A stretch of DNA of 64,000 nucleotides from an uncultured Verrucomicrobiae bacterium (GCA_963707025.1 CAVPOM010000007.1:1-64000); one strand, 5' to 3'. Shown: positions 42,232 through 52,598, counted from the stretch's first letter. Notes: a model not told the origin generated them from the sequence alone. A program made the numbers and translations.

Positions 42232-43563
42232 TCACATTTTGCGCTGATCTATCACGCGTTTGGCCTTGCCCTCGCTCCGCTGAATGGAATGCGGCTGGAT
42301 GAGACGCACCCGCGGCCGCAACCCGGTCATGGTTTCGATGGATTTGGTCAGGCGGGCTTGCAATTGCTCCAGTCCGCCCACCGTGTCGCTGAATACCTCC
42401 TGGGTCACCTCCACCTGCACTTCCATTTCATCCAGTCCCTTCTCCCGCGTGAGAAGGATCTGGTAATGCGGCAGCGCGCCCTCCACCTTTAACAGCGCGG
42501 TTTCGATTTGCGAGGGGTAAACATTGACGCCGCGGATGATGATCATGTCGTCGCTCCGGCGGCTGATGCGTTTGATCCGGCGCAAGGTCCGTCCGCAGCC
42601 GCAAGGTTCGGAGGTCAGGGCGGTGATGTCGCGCGTGCGATACCGGATCATGGGCATGGCCTGCTTGCTCAAGGTCGTCAGCACCAGTTCCCCTTCCACC
42701 CCTTCCGGGCACGGCTGGCCCGTCGCCGCGTCAATCACTTCCGGATAGAAGAAATCCTCGAAGATATGCGGCCCGGCCTGGCAGGGGCATTCCATCGCCA
42801 CCCCCGGTCCGATGATTTCCGACAGCCCGTAGATGTCATACGCCTTGATGCCGCTGTCTTGTTCAATGCGCTGGCGCATGGATTCGGTCCACGGCTCCGC
42901 CCCAAAAACGCCGGCGCGAAGCGGCAAATCCTTCAGGTTGACCCCCAGCTCGGCCGCCTGGTCAATGATGTGCAGGAAATAACTGGGCGTGCAGCAAATG
43001 GCCGTCACCTTGAAATCCTTGAGCACCATGATTTGGCGCTGGGTGTTGCCCCCCGAAATGGGAATCACCGTCGCGCCCAGGGCCTCCGCCCCGTAATGCG
43101 CCCCCAACCCGCCCGTGAAAAGCCCGTAGCCGTAAGCATTCTGGATGATGTCCCCCCGATGCAGCCCGCAGGCGGCAAAGCTGCGGCACATCACGTTGGT
43201 CCACACATCCACGTCTTGCTGGGTGTAGGCCACCACGATCGGCTTGCCCGTCGTGCCCGTCGAGGCGTGCAGCCGGACGATTTCGCTCATCGGGCTGGCG
43301 AACAATCCGAACGGATAGCTGTCGCGCAGATCCGCCTTGTCGCAGAACGGCAGGCGCGTGAGGTCGTCCAGCGATTTGACAGCGCCAGGTTCCAGGCCGC
43401 GCTCGCTCATGCGGCGCCGGAACAGGGCGACGTGGTCATACGCCTGCGCCACCATCTTTTGCAGGCGCGCCAACTGCAATTCAACCAACTGGCGGGGCGG
43501 AAGAAAATCCGGCGCGCTGATGGGATCAAACCGCGCCCCTTTCTCGATGGAGTGTTTGCTCAT
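42232..43563 (-). CDS. paaK: Phenylacetate-CoA ligase family protein
   Basis: DLRDSYPFG, RLHASTGTTGKP, YGYGLFTGGLG, DIYGLSE, RYRTRD, DDMIIIRGVNVYPSQIE, EGKAKRVID. Confidence 0.93.
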   Translation of the reverse strand: MSKHSIEKGARFDPISAPDFLPPRQLVELQLARLQKMVAQAYDHVALFRRRMSERGLEPGAVKSLDDLTRLPFCDKADLRDSYPFGLFASPMSEIVRLHASTGTTGKPIVVAYTQQDVDVWTNVMCRSFAACGLHRGDIIQNAYGYGLFTGGLGAHYGAEALGATVIPISGGNTQRQIMVLKDFKVTAICCTPSYFLHIIDQAAELGVNLKDLPLRAGVFGAEPWTESMRQRIEQDSGIKAYDIYGLSEIIGPGVAMECPCQAGPHIFEDFFYPEVIDAATGQPCPEGVEGELVLTTLSKQAMPMIRYRTRDITALTSEPCGCGRTLRRIKRISRRSDDMIIIRGVNVYPSQIETALLKVEGALPHYQILLTREKGLDEMEVQVEVTQEVFSDTVGGLEQLQARLTKSIETMTGLRPRVRLIQPHSIQRSEGKAKRVIDQRKM

Positions 43564-43982
43564 GGGGATTCCATTGTCCGGTCCAGCATCGCCCGCAACC
43601 AATCGGGCGGGCGCACCGGTTTGCGGGTGGCATTGGTGAAGGCATGGATGGTATAACCGCGCACCACCGGTTGGCCGGTGGACTGATGGTTGATCTGCGC
43701 GTCGAAGCGCAGGCGCGCGCGCCCGGCAAGCTGCGCGCCAGTCGCCACCGCCAGCATATCGTCAAAGCGCGCTCCGCCTTGAAATTCCAGGTGCGCTTCC
43801 ACCAGGGGCAGAAACACGCCCCGCGCCTCCAGCGCGGCGTAGGAAAGACCCAGCCGGTGGCGCAGCCATTCCGTCCGCCCGCACTCGAACCACTCCAGGG
43901 CGCGCGAGTTGTAAAAAGTTCCCATCTGGTCCGTTTCGCTGTAGCGGACACGCAAGTTCAACACGTCCACGGGTTGGCTCAA
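43560..43982 (-). CDS. YbgC/4HBT family acyl-CoA thioesterase (start 43970 or 43982)
   Basis: RVRYSETDQMG..YNSRALEWFECGRTEW. Confidence 0.88.
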   Translation of the reverse strand: MSQPVDVLNLRVRYSETDQMGTFYNSRALEWFECGRTEWLRHRLGLSYAALEARGVFLPLVEAHLEFQGGARFDDMLAVATGAQLAGRARLRFDAQINHQSTGQPVVRGYTIHAFTNATRKPVRPPDWLRAMLDRTMESP

Positions 43983-43989
43983 CCCGGCT

Positions 43990-44529
43990 TTAGGCGGCGG
44001 CGGCATGGGGGGTCTGGTTTTGGCTGGCGCGGCCCAGCAGGAAGGCCTGCCGGTTGGCCTCGAAGAATTTCGGCGCAAAGGCCGCGCCGACCGCCTCAAG
44101 CCAGGCTGGTTCGGCCAGCGGCAGGTGGGCGCTCAAAGCGCCCAGCAGCGCCACGTTCAACATCTTTTTCTGCGGCAACTGCTCCGCCTCTATGGCCGAG
44201 GGATCAATCGTCAGGCCGCCCGGACGCAGCAGATGACGGTTCGGCTCCAGTTGCGTCGGTTCGAGCGCCAGGAGAAAATCCGCTTCCCCCGCCGGCACCA
44301 TGGGGCTGTGGACTTGCGCGCCAAACCGGACGTCGCAGGTGACCGAGCCGCCGCGCTGGCTCATGCCCTTGATTTCGCTCTTCTTGACATCGAAGCCGGC
44401 GCGCAGCGCCACCTCCGCGATGATGTCCGTGGCGGTCAGGACGCCCTGGCCGCCCAGGCCGGCCACGACAATGTTACACGGCGGGCGCGCCAGGTTCTCC
44501 GATTTCTTGGCAGGTGCAGCGTTTTTCAT
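43990..44529 (-). CDS. iorB: Indolepyruvate:ferredoxin oxidoreductase beta subunit
   Basis: NIVVAGLGGQGVL, DVKKSEIKGMSQRGGSV, NVALLGAL. Confidence 0.92.
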   Translation of the reverse strand: MKNAAPAKKSENLARPPCNIVVAGLGGQGVLTATDIIAEVALRAGFDVKKSEIKGMSQRGGSVTCDVRFGAQVHSPMVPAGEADFLLALEPTQLEPNRHLLRPGGLTIDPSAIEAEQLPQKKMLNVALLGALSAHLPLAEPAWLEAVGAAFAPKFFEANRQAFLLGRASQNQTPHAAAA

Positions 44530-46099
44530 ATTCCTTGAGTTCTCGGGCAATCAGGATGCAGGGCCTCCGCGCGATGATGACGGCCAGTTCGCGGCTCTTC
44601 AGGGCTTCCGCCAGCGCGTGGTCAAAGGCGTCGGACCCCGTGCGCGGTTCGATGACCTGGACGCGGCGAATCCCGCACGAACGCGCCAGGTCTTCCAGCA
44701 CGAGCTTGCCCGTCGGTTCATGTTTGAGATTGCGCCCGGTGCCGGGGTGTTCCTGGTGGCCGGTCATGGCGGTGGTGGCATTGTCCAGAATAATCACCAC
44801 ATGCCCGTTGGGCGGGGGATTGTAGGCCATTTCCACCAAGCCGCTGATGCCGCTGTGAACGAAAGTGCTGTCGCCAATGACGCTGACGACCCGGCAGGCC
44901 TGCTCAGGCGGCAGCACATGGCGCAATCCCAATCCCACCCCCAGGCTCGCTCCCATACAGACGCACGAATCCATCGCTTCGAACGGCCGCAACGCCCCCA
45001 GGGTGTAGCAACCAATGTCCCCGGCCACGATGCAGTCCTGGCGGCGCAGCGCCTCGAACACGATGCGGTAAGGACAGCCCTCACAGAGCTGCGGCGGCTT
45101 TCCCGGCGGCGGCGCGGGTTCGGGACTGGTGTCGGCGCGCAGGATGCGCCGCACCCGCGCCACATCCAATTCACCAAAGCGATACATCTCCGCCTTGCCG
45201 CTGACGGCAATCCCCGCCGCGCGGATGGCCTCGACCAGATAAGGATCGCCTTCCTCGATCACCACGCAGCGTTCCACGCTTTTGGCGAATTCCGCGATCT
45301 GGCGCATGGGCAGCGGATGGGTGAAGCCCAGTTTGAGCACGCGGGCCTCCGGCGCCGCTTCGCGCGCGTGCATAAAGGAAATCCCGGAGGTGATGATGCC
45401 CAGCGATGCGCCGCCCGGCACCACCCGGTTCAGCCCGCAATCCTCGTTCCATTCCGCCATCTCCGCCAGCTTCTGCCGCAACCGCCGGTGGGCCGGGCGC
45501 GCGTGGCCGGGAACCATCACGCGACCTTTCAAATCGCGCGCGAAGTGCGGCGTTTTGGGCGTGTCGCGCCCGGCGCGCGGCTGCACCACGGTGGCGCTGT
45601 GGCAAACCCGCGTGGTGGCGCGCAGCAGGACGGGAATCTGCCAGCGCTCGGAAATTTCGATGGCGGCGCGCATGAAATCATAAGCCTCCTGCGAGTCCGA
45701 CGGCTCCAGCATGGGCACGGCCGCGGCGACGGCATAGCGGCGGTTGTCCTGTTCGTTTTGGCTGGAATGCATTCCGGGATCATCGGCGGAAACGATGACC
45801 AGCGCCCCGGCCACTCCGGTGTAGGCCACCGTGAAGAGCGGGTCGGAGGCCACGTTCAGGCCCACATGTTTCATCGTGGCCAAAGCCCTGGCTCCGCCAA
45901 AGGCCGCGCCGATGGCGACCTCCAGCGCCACCTTCTCGTTCGGCGACCATTGGGCGCGGCCGCCCAGCCGGGAAAAATTCTCCAGAATCTCGGTGGAGGG
46001 CGTGCCGGGATAGCCGGCGCCCAGGGCCACGCCCGCGTGCCAACTGGCCAGGGCCATGGCTTCGTCGCCGCTCAACAACAGCCTGTTTCCATCTTCCAT
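44474..46099 (-). CDS. iorA: Indolepyruvate:ferredoxin oxidoreductase alpha subunit
   Basis: GYPGTPSTEI, WSPNEKVALE, MKHVGLNVA, DDPGMHSSQNEQDNR, LCEGCP, GDIGCYTLG, IGDSTFVHSG, TTAMTGHQEHP. Confidence 0.95.
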   Translation of the reverse strand: MEDGNRLLLSGDEAMALASWHAGVALGAGYPGTPSTEILENFSRLGGRAQWSPNEKVALEVAIGAAFGGARALATMKHVGLNVASDPLFTVAYTGVAGALVIVSADDPGMHSSQNEQDNRRYAVAAAVPMLEPSDSQEAYDFMRAAIEISERWQIPVLLRATTRVCHSATVVQPRAGRDTPKTPHFARDLKGRVMVPGHARPAHRRLRQKLAEMAEWNEDCGLNRVVPGGASLGIITSGISFMHAREAAPEARVLKLGFTHPLPMRQIAEFAKSVERCVVIEEGDPYLVEAIRAAGIAVSGKAEMYRFGELDVARVRRILRADTSPEPAPPPGKPPQLCEGCPYRIVFEALRRQDCIVAGDIGCYTLGALRPFEAMDSCVCMGASLGVGLGLRHVLPPEQACRVVSVIGDSTFVHSGISGLVEMAYNPPPNGHVVIILDNATTAMTGHQEHPGTGRNLKHEPTGKLVLEDLARSCGIRRVQVIEPRTGSDAFDHALAEALKSRELAVIIARRPCILIARELKEYEKRCTCQEIGEPGAPAV

Positions 46100-46172
46100 A
46101 TCGTGCTTTTTACAAGTTCAACATTAAGTGTTGCATAACATAAAAGCAAATTATATCATCTTGTCTAATCCA

Positions 46173-47462
46173 ATGTTTTGGCAACCTGAACTGGAAACGA
46201 TCCCCCGCGCCGCGCTGGAGGCCCTGCAAAGCAAACGCCTCCAGGAGACCGTCCGCCGCCTGGAGCGGGTACCGTTTTATCGCGGGAAGTTCCTGGCCGC
46301 CGGCCTCAAGCCGGAGGAGATAAAATCGGCCGCCGACCTGCGCCGGCTCCCGTTCACCACCGCCGCGGATTTGCGGGACAATTACCCGGACGGATTGCTG
46401 GCGGTCCCGCGCGAGGAAGTGCTCCGGCTCCACACCTCCAGCGGGACCACCGGCAAACCCAAGGCCCTATTCTTTTCCAAGGCGGATGTGGACACCGCGG
46501 CGGAACTGATCGCCCGGGCCTTGTGCATGACGGGGGTGACCCGGCGCGACGTGTTCCAGAACATGATGAGCTACGGACTTTTCACGGGGGGGTTGGTGAT
46601 GCACTACGGGGCGGAGAAAATCGGCTGCATGGTCATCCCGGCCGGACCGGGCACCTCGGAGCGCCAGTTGCTGCTCATGCAGGACTTTGGCACCACCGTC
46701 ATCCACATCACCCCCAGCTACGCCTTCTACTTTGCCGATTTTCTGGAGAAAAAGGGGATTGACCCGCGCACCAGCCTGACCTTGCGCAAGGCCTTCGTCG
46801 GCGCCGAGCCATATACGGAAGAAACCAGCCGCAAGATCGAAGCCGCCCTGGGCATTGATGTCTATAACTCCTACGGCTTGACCGAAATGAACGGACCCGG
46901 CGTCGCTTTCGAGTGCGAGGGCAAATGCGGCCTGCATCTATGGGAGGACAATTTCCTGCTGGAGATCATCAACCCCGCCACGGGCGAACCGGTGCCCGAT
47001 GGGGAGACGGGCGAATTGGTCCTGACCAGCATCAACCGCGAAGCCATGCCGTTGTTGCGCTATCGCACGCGCGACCTGACTTCCCTCATCCCCGGACCCT
47101 GCCCCTGCGGCCGCACCCACCGGCGCATCCACCGCATCACCGGGCGCTCCGATGACATGTTCATCGTGCGCGGCGTGAATATTTTCCCGCAGCAAATCGA
47201 GCGTGTGCTCATGGCCATCCCGCAGATCGGGCGCAATTACCTCATCCAATTGGGTGGGTTGGACGACCTGACGGTCAAGGTGGAATTATCCCCCGCGGCT
47301 TTCGACGGCGAGGTCGGCCACCTGGCGCAACTGCAAAACCAGGTGGCGGAAATGCTCCGCGCCGAACTCTGGGTCCGGCCCAAGGTGGACCTGGTGGCCG
47401 CCGGCTCGCTGCCCGTCGCCGAAGGCAAGGCCAAGCGGGTCATTGACAAGCGGTCCCTTTGA
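46173..47462 (+). CDS. paaK: Phenylacetate-CoA ligase family protein (second paralogue)
   Basis: RLHTSSGTTGKP, YGLFTGGL, NSYGLTE, RYRTRD, GRSDDMFIVRGVNIFPQQIE, EGKAKRVID. Confidence 0.93.
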   Translation: MFWQPELETIPRAALEALQSKRLQETVRRLERVPFYRGKFLAAGLKPEEIKSAADLRRLPFTTAADLRDNYPDGLLAVPREEVLRLHTSSGTTGKPKALFFSKADVDTAAELIARALCMTGVTRRDVFQNMMSYGLFTGGLVMHYGAEKIGCMVIPAGPGTSERQLLLMQDFGTTVIHITPSYAFYFADFLEKKGIDPRTSLTLRKAFVGAEPYTEETSRKIEAALGIDVYNSYGLTEMNGPGVAFECEGKCGLHLWEDNFLLEIINPATGEPVPDGETGELVLTSINREAMPLLRYRTRDLTSLIPGPCPCGRTHRRIHRITGRSDDMFIVRGVNIFPQQIERVLMAIPQIGRNYLIQLGGLDDLTVKVELSPAAFDGEVGHLAQLQNQVAEMLRAELWVRPKVDLVAAGSLPVAEGKAKRVIDKRSL

Positions 47463-47484
47463 ACCGGCCCCAATCACCCACTTT

Positions 47485-47913
47485 ATGAACACAGTCAAAC
47501 TGGTGGCGGTCTTCGCCGAAAACCGGCCGGGCCAGGCCGCCCGCGTCACCGGCATTCTCGCCCGCGCCAACGTCAACATCCGCTGCATCACCGTGGCCAG
47601 CAGCGGCGCCTTCGGCGTGATGAAATTGCTCGTCAACGACCCCGATCAGGCCTGTCGCGCTCTGCAACACGAGGGCTTCGCCGCCACCTTGATGGACGTC
47701 ATCGCCGTGGAAACGCCGGACCAGCCGGGCGCCTTGTACACCGTGGCCGACTGCCTGGCGGCCCATCAGATCAACCTCTCCAACACCTCCGGTTTCGTGG
47801 CCAACAACCGCGCCATCCTGGTCATCGAAGTCCAGGACCCGGCCCAAGCCGGCGAGATTCTCACCAAACAGGGACTGCGCGTCCTGACGCAAACGGAGGC
47901 GCTGGCCATTTAG
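47485..47913 (+). CDS. Tandem ACT-domain protein
   Basis: VFAENRPGQA, NVNIR, PDQPGAL, INL. Confidence 0.88.
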   Translation: MNTVKLVAVFAENRPGQAARVTGILARANVNIRCITVASSGAFGVMKLLVNDPDQACRALQHEGFAATLMDVIAVETPDQPGALYTVADCLAAHQINLSNTSGFVANNRAILVIEVQDPAQAGEILTKQGLRVLTQTEALAI

Positions 47914-47937
47914 TCAAACCTCCTTCTGGAGACGCCT

Positions 47938-49218
47938 ATGAATGAAAAAAGTTCGCCTGCCAATAAAGGCTGGACGGTGGTCTTTGCCGGCCTGGCCATC
48001 AACCTCATCCTCGGAGTGCTCTACGCCTGGGGGGTCATTGCCAAGGCGCTCGGAGCCGATTGGCACTGGACAAAGACACAAGCCACCCTGCCCTTCACCG
48101 TGGCCACGGTTTGTTTTGCCGGCATGATGGTGTTCGCGGGACGATGGCAGGACAAATTCGGCCCGCGCCTGGTGGCGACGGCCGGTGGCATCATGCTCGG
48201 TCTCGGCCTGGTCGCCTCGGCGCTGGTTCATTCGCCCACCGCCATGATGTTGACCTTTGGCGTTGGTGCCGGATTGGGGATTGGCCTGGGTTACTCGGCC
48301 ACAACTCCGCCCGCCATCAAGTGGTTTCCTCCTGCGCGCAAGGGCGTCATCACCGGCATCGTGGTCAGCGGCGTGGGCTTGGCGGCGGTTTATATCTCTC
48401 CGCTCAGCCAGTACCTTTTGGGAATCACCACCATTCCGTGGACCTTTGCCTGGCTCGGCATTGGCACGCTGGCTTTGGTGCCGCTACTGGCGCAACTGTT
48501 GCGCAACCCGCCGGAACAGCCGTTCGCGCCGGCATCGGCCACTAAAGCGGCGGCGGCTCCCCGGCGCGAATCGGATTGGCAGGAAATGCTGCGCACCTTG
48601 CCGTTCTACCAACTTTGGCTGCTGATGGTGCTCTCCGCCTCGGCGGGCATGATGATCATCACGCAGGTGGCCATGATCGCCAAGGAGCAGGCGAACTGGA
48701 GTTGGGGATTTGTGCCGATCGCCACGTTGGCGATCTTCAACACCCTGGGCCGCCTTCTCAGCGGAGCGCTCTCGGACAGAATCGGGCGGACCCGGACGAT
48801 GACGCTGGCGTTTGTGTTGCAGGCGGTGAATATGCTGGCCTTCAGCCATTACGACACCAAGGAGTTGGTGGTTTTCGGTTCCGCCTTCACCGGCCTTTGC
48901 TATGGAACGATCTTCACCCTGATGCCCGCCGCCACGGCGGATTTCTACGGCATTCGCAACCTCGGCGTCAACTATGGTTTGGTCTTCACCGCTTTCGGTG
49001 TCGCCGGTGTGGTCGGGCCCTTGCTGGGCGCGGGCATTAACGATCACTTCAAATCGTATTCCTATGCCTATCAAATCTCGGCGGGCATGCTGGTGGTGGG
49101 GGCCGTGCTGGCCATGCTGATCAAACCGCCGGGGACGCGCGCCCTGCCGGTGCCGCCCCAACCTGAAGTCTCACTGGTGAACCATACCCAACAACCCAAA
49201 CCAACCCCAACCGCATGA
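47938..49218 (+). CDS. OFA (oxalate:formate antiporter) family MFS transporter
   Basis: About 12 TM helices, GVLYAWGV, GRWQDKFGPR, KWFP..KG.ITG, SDRIGR, ADFYG.RNLGVNYG. Confidence 0.9.
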   Translation: MNEKSSPANKGWTVVFAGLAINLILGVLYAWGVIAKALGADWHWTKTQATLPFTVATVCFAGMMVFAGRWQDKFGPRLVATAGGIMLGLGLVASALVHSPTAMMLTFGVGAGLGIGLGYSATTPPAIKWFPPARKGVITGIVVSGVGLAAVYISPLSQYLLGITTIPWTFAWLGIGTLALVPLLAQLLRNPPEQPFAPASATKAAAAPRRESDWQEMLRTLPFYQLWLLMVLSASAGMMIITQVAMIAKEQANWSWGFVPIATLAIFNTLGRLLSGALSDRIGRTRTMTLAFVLQAVNMLAFSHYDTKELVVFGSAFTGLCYGTIFTLMPAATADFYGIRNLGVNYGLVFTAFGVAGVVGPLLGAGINDHFKSYSYAYQISAGMLVVGAVLAMLIKPPGTRALPVPPQPEVSLVNHTQQPKPTPTA

Positions 49219-50768
49219 ATCCAACCCGATTATTGACAGCGCTGGCCCTGGCCGGATCGCTGGCCCTGGGCCGCGCCCAATCCAACAACACCCTGTCCGC
49301 CAACGCCGGAACCCCGCCGCCGGCGCCCGCGCCGAGCAGCCTGGAACAAACCATCAACGACATCAAAAATCCGGTTTCCTGGCTGACGTGGGGCGGCGAC
49401 TTGCGCCTGCGCGACGAATACTTCAACAACGCCCTGAGCTTGGGCGCGCCCAATGGCGGCATCGGTTTTGGCAACGTGCATGAACAGGAGTACCTGCGCT
49501 TCCGGGGCCGGCTTTGGGCCAGCTTGATGCCGAGCAATGACCTGTCTTTCAATGTCCGCCTGGCGTCGGAGCCGCGGGAATTCATCAAATCCTCCACCTT
49601 TGACACCTTCTACCAGGAGGAAGGCCCGCAATGGCGCTACGGCATCCTCGACATCTTGAATGTCCGATGGAAAAATCCCGTCCATCTGCCCGCCACCCTC
49701 ACCGTGGGACGCCAGGACATTTTCCTGGGTGACGGGTTCCTGATCGGAGACGGAACCCCGGAAGACGGCTCCTTCACGACCTTTCTCGACTCCGCGCGTC
49801 TGACTTACAAACTCGATGACCTCCACACGACGATTGACGCCATCGGCCTGATCCAGGACGCGCGGCCCGACGGCTGGCTGCCGACCCTCGGTCCTTCCAC
49901 CGCCACGGGAGATCATGTGGAACCGCTCCTCTTGACAGATCAGAACGAAAAGGGCGCCATCTTGTGGGTCGCCAACAAGAGCCTTCCCTGGGCCAACCTG
50001 GACGGATACTTCATGTACAAACACGATGACCGCCTCAACGACCCCGTCACCTTCGGAGACAACGGTGATATTTACACGGTGGGCGGCCGCGTCTCCGGCT
50101 TGGTGCAGGAGCATTGGAAATACTCGCTCGAAGGCGCCTACCAGTTCGGGCGAAAACAGGACCCGGAACTCAACGACGGCGGCGCCAACCCTTTCCTGGC
50201 GTCCGCCGCGCAAACCACGGACTTTCGCAGCTTGAATGCTTGTGCCCTCAACGGCAAGCTGGCCTGGCTCTTCAAAGACGCGTTGAATGACCAGCTTTCT
50301 CTCTCCTTCGAATTCTTTTCCGGCGACAACCCCAACAGCAAGGGCGACGAGATGTTCGACGTGCTCTGGGGCCGCTGGCCCAGTTGGAGCGAGATGTACA
50401 ACATTTACAGCTACGTGCAGGAAACGCGCGTCGGCCAGACGGCCAATCTCATTCGCTTCGGCCCCACCTGGAACCTCAATCCGCTGCCGAAGATGGAATT
50501 GAGCACCAGTTATTTTATGCTGCTGGCCGACCAGGACACGCCGACCCGCGACTTGAACAATGCTTTTGGAGTTCCGCCCGCGGCCGGGACGGACGCGTTT
50601 TCCCGCGCGGGCAATGACCGGGGCCAATACCTCCAAGCCGTGCTCAAATACAAGTTCAACCAGCACCTCAGCGGCCATCTGTGGAGCGAGTTCCTCTTCC
50701 CGGGCGACTTCTATGTCAACCATCAGATGATGAGCTTTCTCCGCGCCGAGGTCATGCTCACCTTTTAG
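49215..50768 (+). CDS. Alginate-export (AlgE-like) family outer-membrane beta-barrel
   Basis: Signal peptide, WGGDLRLRDEY, LTVGRQDI.LGDG.LIGDG, EGAYQFG, SGDNP, C-terminal Phe. Confidence 0.8.
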   Translation: MNPTRLLTALALAGSLALGRAQSNNTLSANAGTPPPAPAPSSLEQTINDIKNPVSWLTWGGDLRLRDEYFNNALSLGAPNGGIGFGNVHEQEYLRFRGRLWASLMPSNDLSFNVRLASEPREFIKSSTFDTFYQEEGPQWRYGILDILNVRWKNPVHLPATLTVGRQDIFLGDGFLIGDGTPEDGSFTTFLDSARLTYKLDDLHTTIDAIGLIQDARPDGWLPTLGPSTATGDHVEPLLLTDQNEKGAILWVANKSLPWANLDGYFMYKHDDRLNDPVTFGDNGDIYTVGGRVSGLVQEHWKYSLEGAYQFGRKQDPELNDGGANPFLASAAQTTDFRSLNACALNGKLAWLFKDALNDQLSLSFEFFSGDNPNSKGDEMFDVLWGRWPSWSEMYNIYSYVQETRVGQTANLIRFGPTWNLNPLPKMELSTSYFMLLADQDTPTRDLNNAFGVPPAAGTDAFSRAGNDRGQYLQAVLKYKFNQHLSGHLWSEFLFPGDFYVNHQMMSFLRAEVMLTF

Positions 50769-50960
50769 GCCGCCAGGCTCCTTTTGTCTCGTTGGCTGCC
50801 AAGAATGTGCCTCCCGGTGTTGGCAGGCCGCAATGCCTCTGTCATGGGTGGCAGGGCGGGTCCCCAATTATCGGGACCCGCCGCACGACGGCAGTGCTGC
50901 GTTGGTCCCTCTGCAACCCCGGCGCCGGGCGCTGTCCGAGCCAGGCGAAGCCGCATTTTA

Positions 50961-51578
50961 TCAACACCCCTCGTACTTCCAGTTCCTGGATTTCCCTTGC
51001 GCCAGCCAGGCCACCGTCTTTTCCAGCCGTCGCTGCCGCGTTTCCTCGCGCTTGGCCTCCGCCACCCAGTCCACGTACTCCTTCTTGTGGCTGTAACTGT
51101 AAGCCTCGAATGTGGCCAGCGCCTTTTTATTTTTCCGCAACGCCGCCATAAAAAAGTCCGGCGCCACCAGCACCCTGTCCCCGGCGGACTTTCCCCGGGG
51201 CGGCAACTTTATCCCCGCCTCGTTCAGCGCCGCCGCCTTCTTCACATAACCGGCCAGCACCTTGTCCGCCGGCAAATCCGCCAAACAGGTGATTTTCCCG
51301 AACGCTCCCATCCCTTTTTCCTCCGTCTTCGCCGGATTTTTTCCCGCGCTAAAAATCAGCGCCCGCTTCCAAAATCCAAAGGAGCAATGCGCCTTGAATC
51401 CCGCCATGTAACACATCGGTCCCTTGTGCGTGAAATGGGGAAACCCCCATTTCAAAGTCTCTTCCGCCTGCGGGCAAGCCTGGTGGACCAGGGCGCGCAG
51501 GTGCTGCAGAATCGGTTTGGCAAAATCGGCGGACTTGGCGATATAATCGTCCACCCGCTGGTCTTTCGTCGGCATCAT
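50961..51578 (-). CDS. YdeI/OmpD-associated family protein (DUF1801)
   Basis: RVDDYIAKSADFAKPILQHLR, EETLKWGFPHF, SHKKEYVDWVAEAKREETRQRR. Confidence 0.9.
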   Translation of the reverse strand: MMPTKDQRVDDYIAKSADFAKPILQHLRALVHQACPQAEETLKWGFPHFTHKGPMCYMAGFKAHCSFGFWKRALIFSAGKNPAKTEEKGMGAFGKITCLADLPADKVLAGYVKKAAALNEAGIKLPPRGKSAGDRVLVAPDFFMAALRKNKKALATFEAYSYSHKKEYVDWVAEAKREETRQRRLEKTVAWLAQGKSRNWKYEGC

Positions 51579-51848
51579 GGGAACCGATGTTATGGATTCC
51601 TTCATTCCCATCAAGCAAAAGCGCCTCTTCCGCCGGGCCCCCTTTGGAGTGCGGCATAGACCGCCGCTACAGTCGCTTTGCAGAGGTCTCAGAATGGTTG
51701 TCCGCTCTCTGCCGCCGGGGTCCAGTGGCCCGGCGGGAGGGGTCCCGACTGCATCGGGATTCCACCCATGCGGCAGGAGATATCCGGGTTTAACAGGAAA
51801 CACCAGGAAACGGAGACTGAACTTGCGCCACGAACAGGATGAGTCCCA

Positions 51849-52598
51849 TCACTGCCAACTTGTCAGAAGGTGTTTATTGATGGGACTGTTGTAATTTGTT
51901 GACAGATCAACCTGTTTTAACGAGCCGAAGGACCAAATCATGGACGAGCCGGGCACGGAAAAACTGTTGGTGTTCATGAGCACCGACCATGTCCGGGTGT
52001 CGGTGCATTTCCCGTCACCATTTAAATCCAGCGTCATGATGTAAGGCATTCCCCACGGGTCGCGCAAGATGTTGTTCGCGTCAATGCCGGGCGAATTTGT
52101 GTCCCTGGCGGGCCTTCCTTCGAACTCGGTGATCTTGCGCGAATTATAGAGATGCTGACTCGCGGCGTTGGTTTCAGGATAATAGGCGGCGTCCGTCAGA
52201 ATCGCGATCACTTCGGAATTGACGTTTTGATATTGGCTCCCAGGCGTCAGAGGATTCTGGCTGATGGCGGTTGGACTCACAATTTGCATGCCCTCCAAAG
52301 GCGAGTTGGTGGGGGGTGAACCCGTGTTCTTGACAACCGTGCCGAACGTAAAATCACTGCCCAGGCCGGCGGCCGCATTCGCAGCGGACAGGGATGCCGG
52401 CAGGACGCCATACTCAGACTGGAACGCGCTGATCGAGGCCTTCAAATGGGACATTTCAGCTCTCGCGGTTGCTTCCTTGGCCTTGGTTTTGGCAACGGCC
52501 AAAGCGGGCAGCAAGATCGCCGCCAGAATGCCGATGATGGCGATGACCACCAGCAACTCAATCAGTGTAAACGCATCTTGGTTGCGAGGCTGTTCCAT
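51849..52598 (-). CDS. Type IV pilin / GspG-like prepilin protein
   Basis: [23 protein letters not shown] and DPWGMPY. Confidence 0.88.
   Translation of the reverse strand: MEQPRNQDAFTLIELLVVIAIIGILAAILLPALAVAKTKAKEATARAEMSHLKASISAFQSEYGVLPASLSAANAAAGLGSDFTFGTVVKNTGSPPTNSPLEGMQIVSPTAISQNPLTPGSQYQNVNSEVIAILTDAAYYPETNAASQHLYNSRKITEFEGRPARDTNSPGIDANNILRDPWGMPYIMTLDLNGDGKCTDTRTWSVLMNTNSFSVPGSSMIWSFGSLKQVDLSTNYNSPINKHLLTSWQ

Noticed and set aside
46100..46172. Riboswitch or attenuator between iorA and paaK
   Set aside because: Only 73 AT-rich bases with no recognisable structure; consistent with divergent promoters.
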